A DNA stretch of 64,000 bases from an uncultured Holophagales bacterium. GTDB lineage: Bacteria > Acidobacteriota > Thermoanaerobaculia > Multivoradales > UBA5704. Positions 21,391 to 29,754 of this stretch are shown here, piece by piece (the first letter of the stretch is position 1; each line of letters starts with the position of its first letter). The DNA lies in assembly GCA_963842525.1 (NCBI GenBank), contig CAWJGT010000019.1, forward strand, positions 320,001 through 384,000, in the 5' to 3' direction. Below the pieces are notes generated by a model. The model was not told where the DNA came from. It ran no database searches and worked only from the letters and a program-made list of their open reading frames with translations. The translations under genes were made by a program, and so were the position numbers.

Positions 21391-21846
21391 CTACGGTGCG
21401 GCCACCGTCAGGGTTTCGTAGGCGACTTCCACCGACTCGACGGCGACCTCGTTGCCTTCGCTCTTCAGATCGGTGCCGGTGATCTTGGTCGGCCAGGCGT
21501 TGTTGAGCGTCCACGTCCGTTTCGGCTCGCCGTTCTCGTCCAGCAGGTTGATCACCACCGTGCGGCGCGCGATGGTGTTCATCTTGATCTCGTTGTACCA
21601 GGCCCAGAACGCGTTGTCGTTGACGAAGATACCCCGCCGCATGGTCACGTTGCCGACCTTGCCCAGCCCCGGCATCTTGATCGGATAGTAAATGGGACTG
21701 TTGCCGTGCCGGTACTCGATGACCTGGGTCTCGCTGTCCAGGCCGTCGACCTCCTGGAAGTTGACGGTCGCCTGGTCGTCTCCGAGCTGCACCGCGAAAT
21801 GGAACTTGGGTAACGGCCAGATTGCGTCCTGCTTTTCACCTGCCAT
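21391..21846 (-). CDS. Major tail-tube protein (Afp1-like), copy 1
   Basis: Same protein sequence as 19171-19626. Confidence 0.95.
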   Translation of the reverse strand: MAGEKQDAIWPLPKFHFAVQLGDDQATVNFQEVDGLDSETQVIEYRHGNSPIYYPIKMPGLGKVGNVTMRRGIFVNDNAFWAWYNEIKMNTIARRTVVINLLDENGEPKRTWTLNNAWPTKITGTDLKSEGNEVAVESVEVAYETLTVAAP

Positions 21847-21887
21847 AATGCCTCCGTTCGGGTGAGAAATTGGGGTTCTCAGGGTTC

Positions 21888-23480
21888 TCAGGCGACGCCT
21901 TCCATTTTCTGGATGAACGACAGCTCGATGAACTCGGCGGGACGGATCATCTGCAGCGTGACCTGGACGATCATGTAGCCGTCGAGGACGTGCTGCCCGG
22001 TCATGGTGCTGCCGAGGCCGCACTCCACGCCGAACGCCTCGGACGCGGTGGCTCCCATGAGGCCGCCTTGCGACCAGAGGCCCTTCAGGAAGCCGGAGAC
22101 CACGGACACCACGTTGGTCCAGGTGTTGCCGTCGTTGGGAGCGAACACGAACTGGTTGATCGCCGTCTTGATCGACTGCTCGATGTAGATGAGCGTGCGC
22201 CGGACCTGGATGTAGCGGTAGTCGTTGCTGTTGCCGTCGAGGGTGCGCGCGCCCCAGACCACCGGGCCGCGGCCAGCGAAGTCGCGGATGACATCCACAG
22301 CCTTGCCGCTTACCGGCACGTTGAGGTCCTCCTGCTGCGTGGAATCGATCCGGAACGTCGGCTGCATCACCGAGTTCAGGACGATGTTCGCCGGCGCGTT
22401 CCAGACACCCCTGGTGGCGTCGACGACGGTGTAGACGCCCGCCATGCCGCCGCTCGGGGGGAGCGTGTTGTTCTTGATGGCGAGGGTGCGCTCGATGTCG
22501 AGCAGCAGCGGCAGGGCGGCGGTCAGGTTCTGGTTGAGCTTCTGGACGTCAGGCGCCGTGCCCATGTTTTCGATGTCCGCGTGCACCGCCACGGCCCGCG
22601 TGTTCTTTGGGTCCTTGTAGTCTCCGTAGAGGTTCTGGCACTCCCATCCGAGGATCGTCTTCAGTTGGCCGAGCGGCACCACGTTCTTGTAGGTGAACTC
22701 TCTGGCGGACACCACCGAGGTCTCGAGGAAGGGGAAGTAGGCCATGCCGTAGTCGAGCGCGGTGTCGCCCACGTCCTCGCGGAACTGTGCGATGATCGCC
22801 TCCCAGTTGGCTTTCGTGGCATGCTGCGTGCCGTAGACGTCGAGGATGGCGACGCGGTCCTGCAGCGCTTGGCACTGGAGCAGCATGGCCCTGACCACGG
22901 CTTGAAAGTCCGCAGAGATCCAGGGCGTTGCTGCGGCGGAATCTGTCGCTGTCGGAGGGAGCAGCACCGCGTCAGGGACGACCAGCATCGTGGGTCCGAC
23001 CTGCTCCTCGGTGACAGCCAGGCCCTTGAGCAGGGCGTCCTTGCTGATCGTGGCTCCATTCGTGTAGTTCCCCACGGAGACCACGAAGGCATCGCCGCCG
23101 CCGTTGGCGTAGAAGAGACGTACGCTGTTGTAGAGGTGGAACTCCGACTCCGTGGTCCGGTTGAGGACGTAATATTCGGTCTTGGGCAAGGCGGCCGTGA
23201 GGTCGATGACCTTGAAATCGAAGGCCCCCGCGGCGATCTGCTGCGTGGTGGCCGGGGCGATGGTGTACTCCGAGGGGGCGTCCTCGCCAAAAACCGCAAT
23301 GTAGTCGGCGAGCGAGCCGATCGGGATCGCCTTGTTCTTGACCGGCTTGCCGTTGAGCATCGCCTGCGCGGTATAGCCGATGAAGGCGGGGACGGCGGTC
23401 TGCACGCCGACAATGGAGGGCGCGAAGGCCGGCAGCTCCTTCACGTAGACGCCCGGGGTCTTGTAAATATTGGTTGCCAT
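21888..23480 (-). CDS. Contractile tail-sheath protein, copy 1 (intact, 530 aa)
   Basis: YKTPGVYV..TAVPAFIGYT..PPSGGMAGVY..RGVWNAPAN..VWGARTL..YRYIQVRR..RPAEFI. Confidence 0.97.
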   Translation of the reverse strand: MATNIYKTPGVYVKELPAFAPSIVGVQTAVPAFIGYTAQAMLNGKPVKNKAIPIGSLADYIAVFGEDAPSEYTIAPATTQQIAAGAFDFKVIDLTAALPKTEYYVLNRTTESEFHLYNSVRLFYANGGGDAFVVSVGNYTNGATISKDALLKGLAVTEEQVGPTMLVVPDAVLLPPTATDSAAATPWISADFQAVVRAMLLQCQALQDRVAILDVYGTQHATKANWEAIIAQFREDVGDTALDYGMAYFPFLETSVVSAREFTYKNVVPLGQLKTILGWECQNLYGDYKDPKNTRAVAVHADIENMGTAPDVQKLNQNLTAALPLLLDIERTLAIKNNTLPPSGGMAGVYTVVDATRGVWNAPANIVLNSVMQPTFRIDSTQQEDLNVPVSGKAVDVIRDFAGRGPVVWGARTLDGNSNDYRYIQVRRTLIYIEQSIKTAINQFVFAPNDGNTWTNVVSVVSGFLKGLWSQGGLMGATASEAFGVECGLGSTMTGQHVLDGYMIVQVTLQMIRPAEFIELSFIQKMEGVA

Positions 23481-23515
23481 TCGTCACCTCATTCGTGTTG
23501 ATGGTTGATCGATCG

Positions 23516-24716
23516 TCACATGTAAACGAAGATGTCGGCATGGGCGGGCGCGTGGCGACAGCGCGACGGCACGACCCGTTGGTTGGACGCGACCGGCAGG
23601 CGGTCCACGAGCACCTGCTCGTGCGCCGACAGTTCGTGGCGGCCCCAGAGACGGAAGTTGTAGAACGACCGCTCCATGAGCGGGAGCGCTTCCTTGGAAG
23701 TAAAGCGGTAGGCCGGCTGTCCGTTGGCCAGCATCACTGGACTCGGCCCCAGGAACTCGGTCTGGGGTTGGCTTTCGATGCGCAGGTCCTCGAAGCCGGA
23801 GTGCGTGGGCGCCACGATGTAGTAGCGCCATTGGATCGACCGTCTTTCGAAGCGGAGAAGGTAGTGGACAGTGACGATCTGCGCCTGCGAGGACAGGTCG
23901 ACCACCGGATAGATCCCGTCGGACTCCTGCGTCGGGGCGGCGACCAGAAGGTCGATCAGGACGAAGGGAACGGGATAGGCCTGGATAGATCACCTCCTGG
24001 GTCGAAACAAGCGTCTGGCCATCGAGTTGCTGAAGTGTGGACTTGTCCTCGGGCAGACCGGCGAAGTCGAGGAAGACCTCGTTGCACCCGGCGCAGCGGT
24101 CCTTGCAAAGGACCTCCTCACCCGCGATGTCGAGGACCCGGACCTTCTTCACTGTCTCGGTCACCGGCACCGGCAACTGGACAGGGATTACCCGCAGGCA
24201 CTTCTCGAGCTTTTCGGGATCGAGGACCGCAGCGGCCGGCGTGCCCACAGCCTGCTCATTGCTGTAATAGAGGTTCTTCGTCGATGGATTGGTGCCGATC
24301 GGCATGTCGGTGAAGCTCACGAAATAGGGGTTGGTGAGAGCGAGGGTGAATGTCAACCGCGTCCAGCTCTGCCACCGTTGATCGGACTTGTTTCTCTGTC
24401 TCTGCCGCCGCAGGTAGTCGAGGAGGCCCTCCGCGCGCTCCTTGGTTGCGTCGTAGAGGACCGAAAAACCGGCCGCCTCGGCTCGGAAGAGGAGGCCCAG
24501 GTCTTTCATCAGCGCCGCCGACGCGGGCGTGGGCCGGCACGTGAAATCGGGGCAAACGTCCTGCGAGCCGTTGTAATAGTTGTGGCGTATGGCGACTTGC
24601 ATCAGCAGCTCGTAGAAGTATTTCCGGGCCTGGTCTTGGGGTCTCTGCCCATCGCGACCTTTCACCGAGCCCAGGATGTGCTCGAAGGCACGGCGGTTGG
24701 GAGGATTGGACGGCAT
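23516..24716 (-). CDS. Hypothetical eCIS operon protein, frameshifted
   Basis: YELLMQVAIRHNYY..DF...PT..LLFR..; C-terminal frame YLLRFERRSIQWRYYIV..RLPVAS..ADIFVYM. Lies between Afp16 and sheath. Confidence 0.7.
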
Positions 24717-24730
24717 CGGCTTCGCACGCC

Positions 24731-25351
24731 CTAAGGCTGCGTCTCCCTGTCCGCGTCGGGATCCTGGTCGGCGACGCCTCCCGGCGTCTGAAGGCCCTGC
24801 ACGGCAGGCACCTCGGCCTGCATGGCCTCGCTGACGAAGGGAATCATCCGCATCTTGTAGTAGACCGAGGGCAGGTACTTCACGCCGGCCAGGCCCATCA
24901 GATGGCTGCGATCGACCGGCTCGAGATTGGTCAGCTCAAAGCTGAGCTTGTCGATCCGCGGATCGAGGCCCGGCAGGGTGTCGCGAGTGAACGAGGCGTT
25001 CTGCTGGAAAAAGACGATCGTGCGCGAGATCGTCGACAACCCCTCGGCGTAGCTCTTGCCGGAGAAGTTGGCGTAGAAGAGCAGCAGCAGGTCGATGTAA
25101 AGAGGCGGCGCGACGAGTGCAAAGCGATTGCCGGCGATCGGCACATTCGGGTTGTAGGTGCTGATGGCGGTTTCGCGCTGGATGCCGGCCAGGAATATGA
25201 CAAGCTTGTTCTGCGCCTCGGCCACGGGGTTACCCTCCAGATCGACGAGGTCGGACAGAACCACCCAGTCGCCTTCGCGCGGCGTGGCGTTCCAGAGGAA
25301 TTCGTTCAACCGTTTCCGGATCGTTTCCAGCGTGCCTCGAATCTCGCTCAT
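24731..25351 (-). CDS. DUF4255/Pvc16 cap protein (Afp16-like)
   Basis: VVLSDLVD..NKLVIFL..PPLYIDLLLLFYANF..Y.EGL..FFQQN..KYLPSVYYKMR. First gene of the operon. Confidence 0.9.
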   Translation of the reverse strand: MSEIRGTLETIRKRLNEFLWNATPREGDWVVLSDLVDLEGNPVAEAQNKLVIFLAGIQRETAISTYNPNVPIAGNRFALVAPPLYIDLLLLFYANFSGKSYAEGLSTISRTIVFFQQNASFTRDTLPGLDPRIDKLSFELTNLEPVDRSHLMGLAGVKYLPSVYYKMRMIPFVSEAMQAEVPAVQGLQTPGGVADQDPDADRETQP

Positions 25352-25388
25352 CGCGGTTCTCCTGTGCTGTGTCGCTTCATCCTTACCA

Positions 25389-25415
25389 ATCGCAAACCGC
25401 CGGCGGGGGAAGACA
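25389..25415 (-). promoter_or_regulatory. Putative ECF promoter, copy 1 (upstream of the eCIS operon)
   Basis: Minus strand TGTC-TTCCCCCGCCGGCGGTTT-GCGAT, ending 38 nt before the 25351 ATG. Confidence 0.7.
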
Positions 25416-25440
25416 TCGGAGGCGAAAGTCTCCGCTGGCT

Positions 25441-27477
25441 TCAGCCGACACCTGTCTGCTTCTTCTGCCTCAGGATGACCCAGGTACGGATGAAGGAACG
25501 AGGTTGCTCGCGCTGTTGCTGCAAATTCTTTAATTCATCGAGATTCCGGTTCAAATAGATGCTCATAGCCCGTTGCCTACGTCCCCCGGGTGCGAGTTGC
25601 TTCGGGTCGGCATGCGTGCTGTGACCAACACGCAGAGGTTCGTTCTGCTGGAATAATTCTTTTACCTGCGATCCCTTGATATTCACATGTTTAAACAAGG
25701 CCCGCGCCACTGCCTTCTGTGTTTCACTGAGATCAGAGCGCTCGAGGTCGTTCACGAGTTGCTCGTAAGTGTACTGCTGATTGTGATCAACTCTATTTGA
25801 GATGACAGAGTTCTGTAATAGTGAGTTTACCTGCCGCCCCTCGATTTTTAGAGCTTTAAGCAAGTCGAGCGTCGATGCTTTTTGCATTTCACTGAGACTA
25901 GAGCCTTTGAGTTCGTTCACGATTTGCTCGTAAGTGCCCTGCGCATTGTCATCAATTCTCAGCTCTGAGAGGGTAGAGTTCTGTAATAGTGCTTTTACCT
26001 GCCGTCCCTCGAATTTCAAAGTTTTAATCAAGGCCAGCACCGCTGCTTTTTGCATTTCACTGAGACTAGAGCCTTTGAGTTCGTTCACGATTTGCTCGTA
26101 AGTGCCCTGCGCATTGTCATCAAATCGCAGCTCTGAGATGGTAGAGTTCTGCAAGAGTGTGTTCACCTCCCGGCCATTGATTTTCACATTGTTAATAAAA
26201 GCCCGCGCCACTGTCTTTTGCGTTTCACTGAGATTAGAGCTCTCGAGGCCGTTCACGAGTTGCTCGTAAGTGACGTGCTGCTCATCGCCCATTTGCACCT
26301 CCGGGATGCGGTGGTCATAGAACGGAGTGGCGTGCCAAATGGCAGGGTCAATGAAGCTGGCGCGTCCATATTTTGGTAGGATATCTCCTTTGATGGAGCC
26401 ATCATCGCGATTGGCAGCACGGCTCCTCTCAATTAGGTTTTTGGCCGGCTGAGGCATACGGTCTTCGTAGGCCGCATGTCCCTGATCGTCTGCGACGTAC
26501 TCGGGGGATACACCTTGGTCGGCATTGTTGTAGGTCAGGTTGACGAACAGTGTCTCGCCCACTGAGTCTTTGTGCAAAACCCCACTTCGATCAGGCAGCC
26601 GGTTGGGGTAGTAGTCAACATCAACATAGACGTCGTGCGTCCGACTGATTTCTTCCCAGTTGGCCGCTAGCCACTGAAACTGCCCGGCGCTGAATAGAGT
26701 TTGGTTCACATTGGCTTGGACTTGTTGCCGTATTCCGGCCAGCTCGGGAGGAAGAAATGCCTCTTGTACGGACGAGGCAACCTGTGGCTCGATCTTCTTG
26801 AGAGCCCAATTGGTGATTAATAGCCCGCCACCATTCCGTACGAATTCTAAACTTGCGATACGCAACGGCTTGCCCGGGTTTTTTGCAATGAAAGCAGCGA
26901 CTTGTGGTATATTGTTGAGCTCGGTCATAAGGGCCGTTTGCTGGTCAAAGAAACTTTTGCTCATTGATGCTATCTCGATGTTCGGCAGCGCGGGTTTGAC
27001 ACCCAAGGTTTCCCAATCTTTGGCTTCTATCTCGACTGTAACGGTGTCGCCCACAGATACGCCTTCAGAAATGTTTGATGCCCACCAGTCTCGTGCCTCT
27101 GTCGTCAATAGCCTAATTGGCACATCTTTTTTGTTTTCAGGATTGCCCGTGTATTCGTTCGCAAGGAGCTGTTTCAGAGCCGGGGGCAATTGGTCAGGTG
27201 TACGCTGGGCGTTATAATCGGGAAACAGCACCCGCTGCACCACCCCACTCGCACTGTGGCTGGTGTTGAGCCTGTGGCCGAGTGCCATCTGTTGTACCAC
27301 GCGCGGACTGTTGTCGATCACGTCCTTGCGCGCATTGAGCTCCATCACTTGCGGGCGATTTTGTGCCATATCCACATCAGCCGACGTAGCCTTCGCTTTT
27401 CTGGTGGAGGCCGATCGAGCGGTATGGCCTTGCTGTAACCGTTCAGGTTTAGCTTGCTCTGATGCTTGAGATTTCAT
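25441..27477 (-). CDS. Putative eCIS cargo/effector, 678 aa, with 2OG-Fe(II)-oxygenase-like motifs and four ~56-aa repeats
   Basis: Intact lower-GC ORF; N-terminal leader ending VVQR; LHKD, WHATP and RSFIRTW motifs; four TYEQ(L/I)VN.L repeats. Confidence 0.75.
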   Translation of the reverse strand: MKSQASEQAKPERLQQGHTARSASTRKAKATSADVDMAQNRPQVMELNARKDVIDNSPRVVQQMALGHRLNTSHSASGVVQRVLFPDYNAQRTPDQLPPALKQLLANEYTGNPENKKDVPIRLLTTEARDWWASNISEGVSVGDTVTVEIEAKDWETLGVKPALPNIEIASMSKSFFDQQTALMTELNNIPQVAAFIAKNPGKPLRIASLEFVRNGGGLLITNWALKKIEPQVASSVQEAFLPPELAGIRQQVQANVNQTLFSAGQFQWLAANWEEISRTHDVYVDVDYYPNRLPDRSGVLHKDSVGETLFVNLTYNNADQGVSPEYVADDQGHAAYEDRMPQPAKNLIERSRAANRDDGSIKGDILPKYGRASFIDPAIWHATPFYDHRIPEVQMGDEQHVTYEQLVNGLESSNLSETQKTVARAFINNVKINGREVNTLLQNSTISELRFDDNAQGTYEQIVNELKGSSLSEMQKAAVLALIKTLKFEGRQVKALLQNSTLSELRIDDNAQGTYEQIVNELKGSSLSEMQKASTLDLLKALKIEGRQVNSLLQNSVISNRVDHNQQYTYEQLVNDLERSDLSETQKAVARALFKHVNIKGSQVKELFQQNEPLRVGHSTHADPKQLAPGGRRQRAMSIYLNRNLDELKNLQQQREQPRSFIRTWVILRQKKQTGVG

Positions 27478-28136
27478 GACAGTTCATCCGAATCGTCTTC
27501 CGGACCGTCTTCCGTTTCAGAGGCCAAAAATCCGACGTGCTTCCAATAGTGCTCGTCGATTGCGTTTTCATTTCTTTCGATTTCATCATCATCAGTATCA
27601 ATATCCAAATAGATCCCGGGGATGTGGTAGCCCACCGTGGCCAGCTTCATCCTTAATTCATCTGATTTTGAGGGTCCACCGCCGGTCAAAGCGTGAGGAT
27701 AGTTATGTGTGATATATTTCACTACCGCTTGGGAGTTTGCATCAGTGGCTTGACTCAGCGCCGCGATCACCTCCCTCATGGCACTCAACCACTCACGATC
27801 GCCAGAGACGAGGTTTTTGTGACTGTGGGTCACGCTCGTGAAGGTACTGCCCCCCTTATGTATGTGCAAATGTGGTACACCCACGTTGGGAATGTAATCA
27901 TCGCGAACTACCCTCTGGACGACAGCATGCGGCCTGCCGTTGATCATGTCGCTGCGTTCTTTGAGCTGCGACACCCGCGGGCTCGAGTCCATCATCTCCT
28001 GCCGCTGGCGTTGTGCCACCGTTTCGGAGCGGTGATCCATATCAGACGGCCTAGCCCTCGTTTTCGAAGAGGAGGCCGGTCGAGAGGTGTGACGTCCCTG
28101 GATCTGTGCAGCTTGTGCTGGTGCTTGAGATTTCAT
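27474..28136 (-). CDS. Putative eCIS cargo/effector, 220 aa
   Basis: ATG behind a GGAGG RBS; same MKSQA...SPRV...VVQR leader as the 678-aa protein; ATGA overlap with it; lower GC. Confidence 0.75.
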   Translation of the reverse strand: MKSQAPAQAAQIQGRHTSRPASSSKTRARPSDMDHRSETVAQRQRQEMMDSSPRVSQLKERSDMINGRPHAVVQRVVRDDYIPNVGVPHLHIHKGGSTFTSVTHSHKNLVSGDREWLSAMREVIAALSQATDANSQAVVKYITHNYPHALTGGGPSKSDELRMKLATVGYHIPGIYLDIDTDDDEIERNENAIDEHYWKHVGFLASETEDGPEDDSDELS

Positions 28137-28187
28137 GATAGAACCTCCTGAATGATCCTGCCTGCGCTGCGTCGCATTACCCCCACC

Positions 28188-28214
28188 ATCGCAAACCGCC
28201 GCCGACAGGAGACA
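28188..28214 (-). promoter_or_regulatory. Putative ECF promoter, copy 2 (upstream of the effector pair)
   Basis: Minus strand TGTC-TCCTGTCGGCGGCGGTTT-GCGAT. Confidence 0.7.
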
Positions 28215-28249
28215 TCGGCGGCGAAGGTTCGTCCCCCAATGGAGCGCTG

Positions 28250-28996
28250 TCACGGTTCCAGGGTGATGGTCACCGTGCCGCCGTAGGTATTGCGCTGCAC
28301 GTTGCAGATGCGCTCGGTCTGACAGACCGGTTGCGTCGGAAAACCGGGGCAGACCGCCGGGCCGACCAGACCGGTGCAGTCCGTGCAGTCCTTGGGGTAG
28401 ACGCCGGGATTGCCGATGTTGCGGCCCAGGGGCCGGTTGTAGATTTCGCTGATTGGCGTCCCGCTCGGGCCGTAGATCCAATCTTCCCCGCCACGCATGG
28501 AGATCGAGACTTTGTCGCTGTAGCCGTTGACCAGGCTGATGTCGACCGCTTCATCGCCGAATGCCGGGTTGAGGGTGAACTCAGCGGTCGTGGTGCCGGT
28601 GGGGAAGGCCGCAGTGGGGCAGGTCGCATAGCCACGGAAGGTCACGTTGCCGCTGAGACAGGTGTTCGGGATGTCGGGAAAACGGACGGAAGAATTGGCC
28701 TTGATCGTCAGAAGGCATTTCCCCGCGTAGGGTGGGTGCTCGGATTTCGTGACCTGGGAGCAAAAGCCCCTCGCGGCGAGCTGATCGGCCGTCACCGGCG
28801 GATGGCTCTCCGGACAGGCACCTCCCAGAGCCGCCAGGATGACCCCAACCTGTACGGATTGGCCGGTCGCGTTCTTGAGCACCAGGGCCGTACGGTCCGC
28901 GGCACTGGCAGGGGCGGCAGCGAGGAGGCAGGACAGTGCCAGCAGACCAAGGCTGTGGGCGGCTCGCCATGGGTTCGATCTCGAGAGCTCTTTCAT
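28250..28996 (-). CDS. Secreted Cys-rich thaumatin-like protein
   Basis: Signal peptide ending APASAA; TTAEFTLN...EAVDISLVNGYS resembles the thaumatin TLAEFTL..D.YDVSLVDG(F/Y)N core; ends VTITLEP (cf. ITFCP). Confidence 0.7.
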   Translation of the reverse strand: MKELSRSNPWRAAHSLGLLALSCLLAAAPASAADRTALVLKNATGQSVQVGVILAALGGACPESHPPVTADQLAARGFCSQVTKSEHPPYAGKCLLTIKANSSVRFPDIPNTCLSGNVTFRGYATCPTAAFPTGTTTAEFTLNPAFGDEAVDISLVNGYSDKVSISMRGGEDWIYGPSGTPISEIYNRPLGRNIGNPGVYPKDCTDCTGLVGPAVCPGFPTQPVCQTERICNVQRNTYGGTVTITLEP

Positions 28997-29050
28997 CGTT
29001 CGTCTCCTTTGTTCCTTCAGGAACAGGTTGTAAGGCGCTTCACCCCTCTA

Positions 29051-29077
29051 ATCGCAAACCGCCGCTGGCAGGAGACA
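29051..29077 (-). promoter_or_regulatory. Putative ECF promoter, copy 3 (upstream of the thaumatin-like gene)
   Basis: Minus strand TGTC-TCCTGCCAGCGGCGGTTT-GCGAT. Confidence 0.7.
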
Positions 29078-29170
29078 TGGGCGGCGAGCAGCCGGCAAAA
29101 CGCGACGAGCCGCCTGACGGCGGCTCGGGAAGGGCGATGCGTGGTGGGAACGAGGAGATGAGAGGGCTTG

Positions 29171-29644
29171 CTACCAATCGCTTCCGTCGTCGTGGATCTT
29201 GGGGTCGTCCCAAATCGGCTGGTTGTCTGCCCCGAGGACAGCCAGTCGATAAATCCACTTGCTCTGACTTCCAAAGTTGAGGGTGACCAGGGACGTTTTA
29301 TCGTCATTCTGATCTGGCCATTTCGTGATGGCGGGCGTAACTTCACCACTTGAAGGTAGGGACCAGTGTTCTGCCACCGAAGGCAGCGGTTGGCCTGCCG
29401 CGGCAACCTGGAACCCTGCGAAGAATGGGTTCTGTGCGTCGAGCGGGCCTTCGGCGAGCGACCAGTTCTTGGTACGGAATTGGACGATCCTCGAAAGAGG
29501 AGGCGGATAGATGTTTCCGCCGGAATCCACTTGCCAGCCGCGACAGCAGTGGGTACAAGCGTACGAGAAACGGCCGTAGCGTCGATCGAAGAAGACGGTG
29601 ACGATGCAGCTCGGCGTATGGGGGGTATCTATGAGGCCTATCAT
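29171..29644 (-). CDS. Hypothetical 157-aa beta-rich protein
   Basis: ATG behind an AAGGAG RBS; MIGLIDTPH...WIYRLAV...IWDDPKIHDDGSDW. Confidence 0.7.
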   Translation of the reverse strand: MIGLIDTPHTPSCIVTVFFDRRYGRFSYACTHCCRGWQVDSGGNIYPPPLSRIVQFRTKNWSLAEGPLDAQNPFFAGFQVAAAGQPLPSVAEHWSLPSSGEVTPAITKWPDQNDDKTSLVTLNFGSQSKWIYRLAVLGADNQPIWDDPKIHDDGSDW

Positions 29645-29711
29645 GGTCGCTCTCCTTTCGTCACGGAGGCCGATGGGCGGGCCTCCGAGGATTCGGGATC
29701 CTCTCAGTTTT

Positions 29712-29738
29712 ATCGCAAGGCGCCGAAAAATGAGGACA
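29712..29738 (-). promoter_or_regulatory. Putative ECF promoter, copy 4 (directly downstream of the kinase)
   Basis: Minus strand TGTC-CTCATTTTTCGGCGCCTT-GCGAT, same 18-nt spacing as the other copies. Confidence 0.65.
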
Positions 29739-29754
29739 CACCGGCGGACGGGAT

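Larger units (their letters stand above)
19171..22258. repeat. Near-identical ~870-bp direct repeat (19171-~20038 and 21391-~22258, offset 2220 bp)
   Basis: Sheath 3' end, intergenic spacer and whole tube gene duplicated; by eye identical from about 19208 to 19862 with few substitutions at the edges. Confidence 0.95.

Noticed and set aside
5286-25351. Type VI secretion system or intact prophage
   Set aside because: No TssJLM membrane complex, ClpV, capsid, portal or terminase; gene set and order match Afp/PVC-type eCIS.
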